Source: Haliotis rubra (Eukaryota). From it: DNA of 64,000 nt. The stretch is taken from the NCBI RefSeq assembly GCF_003918875.1, contig NW_025767191.1, positions 1,674,001-1,738,000 of the forward strand, read 5' to 3'. Below the pieces are notes generated by a model. That model was not told the DNA's origin. It was given only the letters and a program-made list of their open reading frames with translations, and made no database searches. Both the position numbers and the translations under genes were made by a program. This document shows positions 25,366 to 39,040 of this stretch, piece after piece (positions within the stretch are counted from its first letter, which is position 1; each line of letters opens with the position of its first letter).

Positions 25366-27364
25366 TATCTATTGCTAGAGGTCCACGTGTTTTCATCGCA
25401 AACGCCAAGGCTCTGTCTCTATGTTCCTCCCCCGCCGCTTGTTATAAATACTTATAGTTGTTCAAACACAAGTATATGAAGACTGCCACCGATATCATTC
25501 GACACTTGATCCAACTGTTGAACGATTCCCATGTGTCTCACCTGTTACAACCAGCAAATATAAAGTGGTTCCAGCAGGTTTCTCCATAAACTGTGAATGT
25601 GTCAGCAACAAATCCAATATTTATACACGCAAAGTAATTTAACCGACGTGATTAAACCTTTTGTCAAATTCTGCCCTGACTGCAGACATGAAAAGTGAGG
25701 AGGGTGTATCAAGTCCGATGTACCTCCCCTGTGTGGGCAGTCATCCACCTATATAAGCTCATGTATTGATTCCAACACGTGCACGGTCTGCTCAGCCATA
25801 CTACACACACTTCCAGTAAATTAAATTAGAATTCAGCATCATGTGAAGCTCCACACCTTTCCCGTCGACTCCGACGACGACTCTGTATCACGTTGTCATG
25901 CAGCATGATGCCGTTGCACGCATCACTGCCGTGAGTACTCTCTCCCCAACACACCTGTGAAACATCTCGCGGCACTTGCACCTTCTCTCATCCTTCTACA
26001 AATCCAGGTATTACAAAGGCGGTCGGTAACCCACAGTGATCAGTGAGACAAGGGGCAAGAGAGACCAGGGCAGAGATGGATCTCTACGGACCTCCACAAC
26101 CTACCCGAGTTTCAGAAAATCTAATGCGGAAGTCCCCGTTTACCTTGGCTACGGGCAGCTCACTAGGACTTAGCCGTCTGTGTACACTTCACTTTAAACA
26201 GGGTTCGTGTGGTTTTAAAGCACTCGGAACACGTACACACCGAGCAGCGTAGAGGGGATAGCGACAAATGTAGTTACGACAAACTGACAGAATACTTTGA
26301 GAACAGTGCCTACAACACGAGTCTGTCAGTGTCAACAGCCCAAGGCGAACTGCAGCGTCACGACACAGGTAGCCTCGCCGCGAGAAACAAGGACAGGCAC
26401 CACACGCACACCGATTGTTCCTACGCCTCAATATAACGCTGATCAAACTTCACACCATACCGGAAGCTGCCCTGGCTACAAAGCGGCACGTTGAGAGGCG
26501 GTACTCCAATGTTCACTATTCTCTTTACACGCAGTCGTTCCGCTCCACCAGTCTTCACTGTCGGTATGCCGTGTGCTTAATCTCTCGCATCCAGGTTATG
26601 AACAGAAGATAATCGCCAGGTGATTATAGACCCACTCACCAAATCGAGCTCCGGACTCTCCACGGTAGCCTATATTCCTATAAGCCGATGAGTGAGCTGA
26701 ATGGACTACTAATTCTATCGAAGCGTTACGTCACCAACCTTGCTGTTGTATATTGCACAAACAAGCTGACACCGACCAAACCACTGACAACAAACACCGC
26801 CTGTCAAGCTGTCTTTGTGAAAGAAGAGAGTGCGACCCTCTTGCAATCGGGGCCTGAAATCACCTGTAGCGTCCTCTAACTAGACAAACATGAGTGACAT
26901 TGATCCCTTATTAATAGATGATTGGTGACAGCGTGACCGTCTCCGGTTGCGGACTTAATTCCACTAAGTTCTCATCGACATCGAGGTCTCACGATGTACA
27001 TATCCGAGAGGAATGGTGAAGTCGGTTGTCGCTCAGGTCACCGTCTCGCCACCACCTACCCGCCAGGTATTATCTGCAAAGATACACAAATGCTCATGTA
27101 TCCGTTATCAGGCTGGCTACAAAAGTGACCTGAGCACTCTATAGCGGCTTATCGTAGTTCGCCTATCATAGTTTGACACAAAACCCGCCTATCTGACTAC
27201 AATGCGTTCGTTGGATTGCTTTTCTCCAACGAGGGACACGGTAGGCCCAAGAAGTACAGTTCACTATAGAGGTGCGCCCCTTGGGACTGCCAGAAAACTG
27301 TTATCACACACATTACACGAGGCTCTTATTTCCAACATCAAACTGACATGCTCATTTGTCACTA

Positions 27365-28375
27365 TAGTATGCCCTATGCCCCTGTAGTGTGCCGTATCAC
27401 CATGAATCTGAACCATGCCCCATGCAATATGTCGCATCACAATGAATCTGCGCCATGCCCAGGTTAAAGTATGCCCTACCACCATGATTTTGAACCATGC
27501 CCAGGTTAAAGTATGCCCTACCACCATGATTTTGAACCATGCCCAGGTTAAAGTATGCCGTATCACCATGAATCTGACCATGCCCCTATAGTCTGCCGTA
27601 TCACCATGAATCTGAACCATGCCCCTGTAGTACGCCCTATCACATTGAATCTGAACCATGCCCCTATAGTCTGCCGTATCACCAAGAATCTGAACCACGC
27701 CCCTGTATTACGCCCTATCACCATGAATCTGAACCATGCCCATGTAGTCTGCCGTATCACAATGAATCTGAACCACGCCCCTGTAGTACGCCCTATCACA
27801 TTGAATCTGAACCATGCCCCTGTAGTACGCCGTATCACCATGGATCTGAACCATGCCCCTGTAGTCTGCCGTATCACCATGAATCTGAACCATGCCCCTG
27901 TAGTATGCCCTATCACCATGAATCTGAACCATGTCCCTTTACTATGTCGTATCACCATGAACCTGAACCATGTCCCTATAGTCTGCCGTATCACCATGAA
28001 TCTGAACCATGCCCAGGTTAAAGAATGCCCTATCACTTTGAATCCGAACCATGCCCCTGTAGTACGCCCTATCACCATGCGTCTGAACCATGTCCCTTTA
28101 CTATGTCGTATCACCATGAACCTGAACCATGTCCCTATAGTCTGCCGTATCACCATGAATCTGAACCATGCCCAGGTTAAAGAATGCCCTATCACTTTGT
28201 ATCCGAACCATGCCCCTGTAGTACGCCCTATCACCATGCGTCTGAACCATGCCCCTGTAGTATGCCCTATCACCATGCGTCTGAACCATGCGCCATGTAG
28301 TATGCCCTATCACCATATGGCTGAACCATGCCCCTGTAGTATGCCCTATCACAATGAATCTGAACCAGGACTATG
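27365..28375. repeat. 39-bp minisatellite
   Basis: Unit TATCACCATGAATCTGAACCATGCCCCTGTAGTACGCCC. Confidence 0.97.
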
Positions 28376-28619
28376 TAGCTTGCCCTTACGACTTGCCCTT
28401 TTTATCCTTGCAACATGCCTTTACAGGATACCTCTATAAGATCGCTCCTGCAACATACCCTAACACTATGTCCCCGAACAAAGCCCATGTACCATGCCAC
28501 TGCACTATGCCATTCTGATCCTGCACCAAGGGCTTGCACTCTTCACCTGTTAGTGTACCATTCACCTGTTTCGTGCCCTAAAAGCTCTCATTGGGATGTC
28601 TCCAAGGTCGGCTCATTTG

Positions 28620-28775
28620 GTCATGGAAGTCGACATGAACCTCGATTGGTCAGAGTACATGACATCAGCCCAACGTCGATTATCATAGTGCTGACTATTC
28701 TCTACACCATTTAAATGACCCGAAATAAGTTGCCGGACGACCCGTGGACATAGTGAAAGCACGGGCCACATGTGC
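28620..28775 (-). mobile_element. Small Tc1 transposase fragment
   Basis: RRWADVMYSDQSRF resembles the Tc1 motif WxxVxFSDESRF. Confidence 0.55.
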
Positions 28776-28777
28776 AT

Positions 28778-30292
28778 TACATCATATTGATGATTTATCA
28801 ATAGTATATCATCTGAGGGAAGTACACCATATTGATGATTTATCAAAGTATTTCATCTGAGGGCAGTACTCAATATTGATGATTTATCAAAAGTAGTTCA
28901 TCTGAGGGCAGTACTCCATATTGATGATTTATCAAAAGTAGTTCATCTGAGGGAAGTACACCATATTGATGATTTATCAATAGAAGTTCATCTGAGGGCA
29001 GTACACCATATTGATGATTTATCAAAAGTATTTCATCTGAGGGCAGTACACAAGTTTAATGATTTATCAATAGTACATCGCCGAGGGCAGTACTCCATAT
29101 TAATGATTCATCAAAAGTAGTTCATCTGAGGGCAGTACATCATATTGATGATTTATCAATAGAAGTTCATCTGAGGGTAGTACTCCATATTGATGATTTA
29201 TCAAAAGTATTTCATCTGAGGGCAGTACACCATAATGATGATTTATCAATAGTATATCATCTGAGAGCGGTACTCAATATTGATGATTTATCAAAAGTAG
29301 TTCATCTGAGGGCAGTACTCCATATTGATGATTTATCAGAAGTATTTCATCTGAGGGCAGTACTCAATTTTAATGATTTATCAATAGTGCATCGCCGAGG
29401 GCAGTACTCCATATTAATGATTCATCAAAAGTAGTTCATCTGTGGGCAGTACATCATATTGATGATTTATCAATAGAAGTTCATCTGAGGGCAGTACTCC
29501 ATATTGATGATTTATCAATAGTACATCATCTGAGGGCAGTACTCAATATTGATGATTTATCAGAAGTATTTCATCTGAGGGCAGTACATCATATTGATGA
29601 TTTATCAATTGTACATCACCGAGGGCAGTACTCCATATTAATGATTCATCAGAAGTAGTTCATCTGTGGGCAGTACATCATATTGATGATTTATCAATAG
29701 AAGTTCATCTGAGGGCAGTACTCCATATTGATGATTTATCAAAAGTATTTCATCTGAGGGTAGTACACTATATTGATGATTTATCAAAAGTATTTCATCT
29801 GAGGGCAGTACACTATATTGATGATTTATCAAAAGTATTTCATCTCAGGGCAGTACTCCATATTGATGATTTATCAATAGTATATCATCTGAGGGCAGTA
29901 CACTATATTGATGATTTATCAAAAGTATTTCATCTCAGGGCAGTACACCATATTGATGATTTATCAATAGTATATCATCTGATGGCACTACTCAATATTG
30001 ATGATTTATCAATAGTACATGATCTGAAGGCAGTACTCCATATTGATGATTTATCAAAAGTATTTCATCTGACGGCAGTATTCCATATTGATGATTTATC
30101 AATAGTGCGTGATCTAAGAGCAGTACTCCATATTGATGATTTATCAATAGTGCGTGATCTAAGAGCAGTACTCCATATTGATGATTTATCAATAGTGCGT
30201 GATCTAAGGGCAATACTCCATATTGATGATTTATCAATAGTACGTGATCTAAGGGCAGTACTCCATATTACTAATTTATCATTAGTATATGA
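28778..30292. repeat. 45-bp minisatellite
   Basis: Unit CATATTGATGATTTATCAAAAGTATTTCATCTGAGGGCAGTACTC. Confidence 0.97.
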
Positions 30293-32067
30293 CCCAACAG
30301 CTGTCCTCTCTACCCTTTCCTAACCACATCCGCCATCACTCATACCCAGCCCCACCCCGACTCCAACCGCTATCCCCCTACTCCTTCAAAGCCACATCAC
30401 CATCGTCATCCAGACCTCCCCTTCCCTTCTCCATCCCCCTACTGCCCGCCCCATACCCCAGTCGCCTGCCTGTCTGCCTGTCTGAGCGTCTGGCCCTCAG
30501 GACATCTACTCACCCTGCACTTATCAATCTGAGATATAGACGAGATGCGCCCTATATCCTTGTAAAACGATGTTGCCGATAAGGTTTCTGTATCCAGCAC
30601 CTCCTAATCTATTGATAGAAGCTGAACATACTCGTCAATTAATCTATGTCTGCGACATTGATTTCTTGCGAGGCAATCCCGGGCGGCAATGCCGTGGCTG
30701 TACTAGATTAGGGGTGTCCTGTGTCCGCAGCACATCTGTGCCCGAGACATTGCGTCACGACGTGCGTCATCCTATCCCACGCTGGCATAATGTTGAAACA
30801 TCGTATTTATCAGCTCTAATCGAATCAAAGATTCAACAGATTATTCTCTTCAAAGTGGCCGTACGTTCGATTGAATAAATGGACTTCCTAGCGGATAAAG
30901 GACCAGTAGTCAAAGAAAAATTTACATATTCAGACCTTTACACTCGTTGTGTACATGTAAATAAGTCGGAGAATAATCTACATATTCAGAACTTTACACC
31001 CGTTGTGTACGTATAAACAAGAATGAGGAATTTTTTATGGATATACAACGTCTTTATTCTGTATAGGCGACATTTCGACAGAAGTTTTATGTCTTCGACA
31101 TAGGAGTCGGGGTAGAGATGGGTATGGCTGATGGTGGATGTGGTTAGGAGAGGGTTGGGGTTGGAGTGGTGGATTCGATGACGATAGGATCGGAGGATGA
31201 GGATGGGGCTAGAAGCAGGGATTGGGGATAGGTGATGGGAGTCGGGTCAGAGGTACTGACGGAGATATAAGCGGGTGATGGGAATGGGCTAGGATTAAGT
31301 GGTAAGGAAAGGACAAGGTTGGGCAAAGGATATGCGGCTTGTGTTTTATCGAAAAAGGAAACTTTTCCAAAAAACATATTGAAAGATATAATTATGCTTT
31401 ACAGGTTCAAGTTTCTTATCCACCACATATATTGAAAACAATAATTGCGGTTCTTTGTATTTGGCGCGAGGATGAAGACTCAGAACTCTAGTGCCAGATA
31501 TTGTCTTCCCGAAAAATAAATGACCACACGCCACGAACATGGGACAACAAAGGTTTCGAGGTCGAGGTCGTAAGGCACCACTACCGACATGAAGAAATAT
31601 GACAACATGACACGTGACCAGAGGCGACTACCCCAGTTTTCATGAGACCACTGACGTTTGCTGGCAATGGCTTGATGAAAGTAAGCATCGATCTGATTCC
31701 CGGCATCAGTTTGGTTTGGTGGAGCCTGTACTCTAATGAACCAACCCTGAACTCTTGTGGTTGACCCGGGACGCTCTCAATAGGGTCGACCTACATCCTT
31801 TTTTTGTTTACTGGTATCTGTTTCATCATCTGTTAATCACAGACTGTGAAACATTGAACACAGTGGCCAGCATTTCATTCATAAACACTGGATAGGCAGA
31901 AATAATGGTCCGCATAGATTTATCGACTTTGCCTGACCTTCATATTCAGGAATAAAACCACGCACGGCTGTGGCGCTCCTGCTCACTGCACGTCAAAAAA
32001 CCTACATCCTGCGGTTTGCTGCCGTACACGCTCTTTCACGGGTTGATTGTTGTCAGCATTCAAGCCT

Positions 32068-32245
32068 GCTTTAAAACTTGGTTATTTAAAGGATATATGC
32101 GACAAAACATGTTTAAAACTTGGTTATTTAAAGGATATATGCGACAAAACATGTTTAAAACTTGGTTATTTAAAGGATATATGCGACAAAACATGTTTAA
32201 AACTTGGTTATTTAAAGGATATATGCGACCAAACATGTTTGAAAC
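32068..32245. repeat. 42-bp repeat, about 4 copies
   Basis: Unit TTTAAAACTTGGTTATTTAAAGGATATATGCGACAAAACATG. Confidence 0.95.
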
Positions 32246-32264
32246 AAAATATACACAGACAATA

Positions 32265-33360
32265 TCATCTCAATGTTACGTCAGATTTGATACAGTGACA
32301 GTGTTATTAGGGCCATACCATCTCAGTGTTAAGTCAAATTTTATACAATGACAGTGTTATTAGGGCCATACCATCTCAGTGTTTAGTCAGATTTGATACA
32401 GTGACAGTGTTATTAGGGCCATTCCATCTCAATGTTAAGTCAGATTTGATACAATGACAGTGTTATTAGGGCCATACCATCTCAATGTTAAGTCAGATTT
32501 GATACAGTGACAGTGTTATTAGGGCCATTCCATCTCAATGTTAAGTCAGATTTGATACAATGAGAGTGTTATTAGGGCCATACCATCTCAATGTTAAGTC
32601 AGATTTGATACAGTCACAGTGTTATTAGGGCCATTCCATCTCAATGTTAAGTCAGATTTGATACAATGAGAGTGTTATTAGGGCCATACCATCTCAATGT
32701 TAAGTCAGATTTGATACAGTCACAGTGTTATTAGGGCCATTCCATCTCAATGTTAAGTCAGATTTGATACAATGACAGTGTTATTAGGGCCATACCATCT
32801 CAGTGTTTAGTCAAATTTTATACAATGACAGTGTTATTAGGGCCATACCATCTCAATGTTAAGTCAGATTTGATACAGTGACAGTGTTATTAGGGCCATA
32901 CCATCTCAATGTTAAGTCAGATTTGATACAGTCACAGTGTTATTAGGGCCATTCCATCTCAGTGTTTAGTCAGATTTGATACAGTGACAGTGTTATTAGG
33001 GCCATACCATCTCAATGTTAAGTCAGATTTGATACAGTGACAGTGTTATTAGGGCCATACCATCTCAATGTTAAGTCAGATTTGATACAGTGACAGTGTT
33101 ATTAGGGCCATTCCATCTCAATGTTAAGTCAGATTTGATACAATGACAGTGTTATTAGGGCCATACCATCTCAATGTTAAGTCAGATTTGATACAGTGAC
33201 AGTGTTATTAGGGCCATACCATCTCAATGTTAAGTCAGATTTGATACAGTGACAGTGTTATTAGGGCCATACCATCTCAATGTTAAGTCAGATTTGATAC
33301 AGTGATAGTACTTTTAGGGTGATATCATCTCAATGTTACTTCAGATTTGATACAGTATCT
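32265..33360. repeat. 53-bp minisatellite
   Basis: Unit CCATCTCAATGTTAAGTCAGATTTGATACAGTGACAGTGTTATTAGGGCCATA. Confidence 0.97.
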
Positions 33361-33394
33361 GTGATACAAAGGCGGTGTAAGTTCAGTATTTTGT

Positions 33395-34966
33395 CAGATC
33401 TCATGCAGTGACAGTGTTAAAGAAAGCGATGTAATTTCAGTCTCACGCGGTGACAGTGTTAGAGACAGCGATGTAATCTTAGTGCCACACGGTGACAGTG
33501 TTATGGACAGCGATGTAATCTTAGTGCCACGCAGTAAGACAGCGATGTAATTTCAGTGCTACACGGTGACAGTGTTAAATACAGCGATGTAATCTTAGTG
33601 CCACACGGCGACAGTGCTATCACGTACTTGTCCGCCATGACTGTCGTGTCGGGTGTACTTCAACCGTGCCTGTTAACGTGCAGTGGAGTTTGTGTTTCAA
33701 CTGACTGATTACAGCAATGTAATCTCAGTGCCATGCAGTGAACGTGTTAAAAACAGCAATGTAATCTCAGTGAAATGCAGTGAACGTGTTAAAGACAGCG
33801 ATGTAATCTCAGTGTCATTCAGTGAACGTGTTAAAAACAGCGATGCAATCTCAGTGCCATGCAGTGAAAGTGTTAAAGACAGCAATGTAATCTCATTCCA
33901 ATGCGGTGACAGTGTTAAAGACAGCAATGTAATCTCAGTGCCATTCGGTGACAGTGTTATGGACACCAATGTAATCTCAGTGCCATGCAGTGAAAGTGTT
34001 AAAGACAGCGATGTAATCTTAGTGCCACGTGGTGACAATGTTAAAAACAGGGATGTAATCTCAGTGCCACACGGCGACAGTGCTATCACGTACTTGTCCG
34101 CCGTGACTGTCGTGTCGGGTGTACGTCAACCGTGCCTGTTAACGTGCAGAGGAGTTTGTGTTTCAACTGACTGATTACAGCAATGTAATCTCAGTGCCAT
34201 GCAGTGAAAGTGTTAAAAACAGCGATGTAATCTCAGTGCCATGCAGTGAACGTGTTAAAAACAGCGATGTAATCTCAGTGCCACGTGGTGACAATGTTAA
34301 AGACAGCAATGTAATCTCAGTGCCATGCAGTGAAAGTGTTAAAAACAGCGATGTAATCTCAGTGCCACGTGGTGACAATGTTAAAGACAGCAATGTAATC
34401 TCAGTGCCATGCAGTGAACGTGTTAAAGACAGCGATGTAATCTTAGTGCCACGTGGTGACAATGTTAAAAACAGTGATGTAATCTCAGTGACACGCAGTG
34501 ATCGTGTTAAAGACAGCAATGTAATCTCAGTGCCATGCAGTGAACGTGTTAAAGACAGCGATGTAATATCAGTGCCATGCAGTGAACGTGTTAAAGACAG
34601 CGATGTAATCTCAGTGCCATGCAGTGAGCGTGTTAAAGAAAGCGATGTAATCTCAGTGCCACGTGGTGACAATGTTAAAGACAGGGATGTAATCTCAGTG
34701 CCATGCGGTGACAGTGTTATGGACAGCGATGTAATCTCAGTGCCACGTGGTGACAATGTTAAAGACAGGGATGGAATCTCAGTGCCATGCGGTGACAGTG
34801 TTATGGACAGCGATGTAATCCCAGTGCCACGCAGTAAGACAGCGATGTAATCTCAGTGCCACGCGGCGACAGTGCTATCACGTACTTGTCCGTCATGACT
34901 GTCGTGTCGGGTGTACTTCAACCGTGCCTGTTAACGTGCAGTGGAGTTTGTGTTTCAACTGACTGT
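33395..34966. repeat. 42-bp minisatellite punctuated by three copies of a ~100-bp block
   Basis: Unit GATGTAATCTCAGTGCCATGCAGTGAACGTGTTAAAGACAGC; block at ~33610, ~34077 and ~34869. Confidence 0.95.
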
Positions 34967-35111
34967 TTTCTGAATTTAACACATCATCGTACCCCGTTCA
35001 ACAGCAACTAGACAAAAACCCGCACATGAATATACTACACCATAACAAGCCTGGGCAGGTATTGAGTGATGCCTGACATTCGCACAGTAGGACACGTTGA
35101 AGAACACCTAC

Positions 35112-35350
35112 CTCGCACTCAGGGCGCCGTGTTACCACCCGAGGCCACACGAACATGTCTGTGTCTTGCAGAACGTCTTCAGATCAATACAGTAGCCATG
35201 GAAATATGTCGAGCGGTGTGTGGAGCTCTCTCCTAGTCCTGGCTCTCTCCGTCCCTCTCCGCGTACCCGTCCTGTATTGATTCAATCATACATCTTCGGG
35301 GCAACTCCTGTTGTAAACGGCGCGTGTTTCTTCCCTCGCGTCTCGACACT
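35112..35350 (-). promoter_or_regulatory. Candidate non-coding first exon/promoter of the GALNT gene
   Basis: Unique CpG-rich stretch between arrays, ending in a strong donor GAG|gtaggt at 35112/35111; no transcript evidence. Confidence 0.3.
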
Positions 35351-35524
35351 CGGCTGAACTCCCGTGATCATCTAAGGATACTCGAATGCCATGTTTTCTT
35401 TATGAGTCTGATTGACAATGCAAAAGTTGGTGAACGAGCTTGGACAACCTTGAAAGACATCCAATTAGTCAGGAACTTCAACTATGCATTGATCGATCCC
35501 CCGTTACGCAGCACTACACAACCA

Positions 35525-36715
35525 TTGGTACCACATGGCACAACATCATACCCATCACGGTTCCACATTGTACCACATAACACATCATACTATCACGGTT
35601 CAACATTGTACCACATAACGCAACAATATACTATCACGGTTCAACATTGTACCACATAACACAACAATATACTATCACGGTTCAACAGTGTACCACATAA
35701 CACAACAATATACTATCACGGTCCAACACTGTACATCATAACGCAACAACTTACTATCACTGTTCAACATGGTACCACATAACACAACAATTTACTATCA
35801 CGGTTCAACATTGTACCACATAACACAACATTATACTATCACGGTCCAACACTGTACATCATAACGCAACAACTTACTATCACTGTTCAACATTGTACAT
35901 CATAACACATAACACAACAATTTACTATCACGGTTCAACATTGTGTACCACATAACACAACAATATACTATCACGGTTCAACATTGTACCACATAACACA
36001 ACAACATACCATCACTGTTCAACAGTGTACCACATAACACAACAATATACTATCACGGTTCAACAGTGTACCACATAACACAACAATATACTATCACGGT
36101 TCAACATTGTACCACATAACACAACATCATACTATCACTGTTCAACAGTGTACCACATAACACAACAATATACTATCACGGTCCAACACTGTACATCATA
36201 ACGCAACAACTTACTATCACTGTTCAACATGGTACCACATAACACAACAATTTACTATCACGGTTCAACATTGTACCACATAACACAACATTATACTATC
36301 ACGGTCCAACACTGTACATCATAACGCAACAACTTACTATCACTGTTCAACATGGTACCACATAACACAACAATTTACTATCACGGTTCAACAGTGTACC
36401 ACATAACACAACAATATACTATCACGGTTCAACATTGTACCACATAACACAACAACATACCATCACTGTTCAACAGTGTACCACATAACACAACAATATA
36501 CTATCACGGTTCAACAGTGTACCACATAACACAACAATATACTATCACGGTTCAACAGTGTACCACATAACACAACAATATACTATCACGGTTCAACAGT
36601 GTACCACATAACACAACAATATACTATCACGGTTCAACATGGTACATCATAACACAACAATATACTATCACGGTTCAACACTGTACATCATAAAGCAACA
36701 ATATACTATCACAGT
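35525..36715. repeat. 41-bp minisatellite
   Basis: Unit CACATAACACAACAATATACTATCACGGTTCAACATTGTAC. Confidence 0.97.
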
Positions 36716-37950
36716 AGTATTACAACTTTATTCTTGCATGGTCAAACGGTGTACAACATGACACATCATACATTACATTCCACCTTGATGAAACACTGTA
36801 CAACACACCATGGTGCCAATCAAGTATGTTCACGGTGTTTAGCTGGGTTTGGACATATTTGACTGTCTGCTAGTACATGCCACACAATATCGACCCATGA
36901 ACAACCTAAACATGTTTGCACAATATCTTTCACCCACACTGAATATTACCAAGCTCCTTGGGACCACTACCTTGACATCTACGTACTTTATATTGTCGCA
37001 GTGGATTGATGAGATGTTTATGACGAATGCGTTTAGTGAAGTAAATCTAATCTTCGCTGAAGTAACATTGTATCCAGGACAGTGGTAGGAACAGATGTGA
37101 TTGAACATCGCATTAATCTACAGCTTCTCCTGTTCATGTCGTCATGCTTCCAGGCCAGATGTGTGGCATAAAGCGCATCAGTCCCCTCATAAAGCTGTAT
37201 GGAAACACTGCCGTGGACAACACATGTACACGTCAATGCTTTCCGGACGGATGAACCATAACCTCGATTTACTTTGCTGTCACATGGGCACTGGGAACAT
37301 CCACACAACTGGGGACACATGGCATCAAATGTTAACTTGTGGAGAGATCGTCACTGCCGTAGGTATGAGCCAAAATATATGAATGTATTAATCTGCATAC
37401 GTTGTGTAAAATAAAGCTGAATGGGTTGCATTGGGAGCTACTGTTACGAGTGAAGCTAAATTAACAAACTATTGCAGACTTTTCACTGACCTCATTGTTT
37501 CAACTTCTCTGATTTGGGACAATCGGCTCATGTATCTATCCTCTTGTCAACCTAAGATAACGGTTCTGAGAACTGGTATTAATCTTCTTCATTACGATGC
37601 TTGACGAAGGGCTGTCTTTTTAAACAAAGCAAACTGTGGTATGTGTATCTTTAGAATGACGAGATTCATCCATTGGTCTTTTGAGTGATGGTGTGAGTGA
37701 GCGATTCAATGTCGATTCATTTGGTCAAATCTGGATCGACACTTAAAGGGGGACACCCTTTCATGTTTTACACGTGAAGTCATCCGAGTTATCACCTGTG
37801 TATCCAACTGTGGAGCTCCATTATCGCTTATATAAAGTGCCCTTTAATCCTTTCTTTATTATGTAACCTCGCATTTGTTAAACAGGCAGTTGTCATCAGC
37901 CTACATGAATACATTACACGTTTATGAATAAGAGCCTCTTTTATTCTTTA

Positions 37951-37990
37951 CACGACGTTTCAGAGCTAATCCGTGCTTCTTCATCAGGTG
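37951..37990 (-). ncRNA. Minimal type I hammerhead ribozyme motif in a Penelope-like remnant (~37925-38110)
   Basis: CAC-CUGAUGA-agaagc-loop-gcucu-GAAAC-GUC-GUG; partial inverted second copy (CCTGATGAAG) at ~38022. Confidence 0.6.
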
Positions 37991-38219
37991 AACTTCTAAA
38001 TGCCTGTCAGGAACTTCATACCCCTGATGAAGGAACAAGAATCAGCTGTAATAAGGTGTTATCCATAAATGTGTCATGTGTTCATGTTCATCCAACTTCT
38101 AAATGTCCTTCAAGAATCTGTAAAAACATCGTATGTATATATTTCATTAACATCATCTGTCTATGTACATCTTTTATCGCTTTATTCGTAAATGACTTGA
38201 TGATTGAAGCCGTTCTGAT

Positions 38220-39040
38220 ATGATCAAACTTAAAATTGGCATGTTAGAAGTTGCTGCAAGACAGAGCATTGTGGCACAAGCTCTTAACGTTTCACAGACA
38301 GTAATTATCCGATTACAATCATATATCAACAGCAAAATACGATATCGTATAGGCGTCTATCTGGTCGACCAGGGACAACTGACACACAAGATCGTTTCAT
38401 TAGAATGACTGTGTTCCGAAACGGTGGTGACTCTCAAATTGGAGATGAGCTTCTCAGAGCTACAGGTGAGTGGACACAACTGCATTTGCATGCTCGACGT
38501 TCACATGTGATCCCATGACAGACGGACCGTCACATTAGGATAAGACGCCGTTGGTGTCAAGAAAGGTATTGCTGGACCAATCATCGTTGGTTTTCGGATG
38601 ATTCAAGGTCTTCTTTAGACTTCTTTGATAGGCGCAGCAGAATATGGAGTTAATGCAATGAACGCTTTCGTGCCGTTAACGTGAGACAGTACGATCGTTT
38701 TGGGGGTAGATAGTAATAGTGATCGTGGCAATATCCTGGAGGCACACAAGGTACCATTTGCGCACCGACATAGACGTCGTTTTGTGTTTCTGTGTATCGA
38801 CAAAAGGAGATCTTAACCACTTTACCATGCTCAGTCTCAGCACTCAGACCTCTCGCCTATCGAACCTGTCTGGGGTATTCTTGGGGCGTACGTCACTCAA
38901 CCCCTCAACGAACTTGGAGGTGATCTGCAGGAAGAATGGGATTGAATTAACCAGCTTGACATTGCACGTTTGATTAAGTGTATGCCTAGTCGAATTATGG
39001 ATTTTCTTGAGAAAAACGGTGGATTCCCGCGATATTTATG
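38220..39040 (+). mobile_element. Highly decayed Tc1 transposase relic
   Basis: Fragments IGMLE..RQSIVAQALNVSQTVIIRL, GRP/QDRFIR, FSDDSR, DLSPIE, MPSR..NGG..RY in shifting frames. Confidence 0.75.

Noticed and set aside
26630-26700. Alternative GALNT 5' exon (TTG|gtgagt at ~26640)
   Set aside because: Only a donor motif; insufficient without transcript data.
33395-34966. CRISPR-like repeat/spacer appearance in this and other arrays
   Set aside because: Units are head-to-tail without unique spacers, the interrupting block is itself repeated, there are no cas genes, and the context is eukaryotic.
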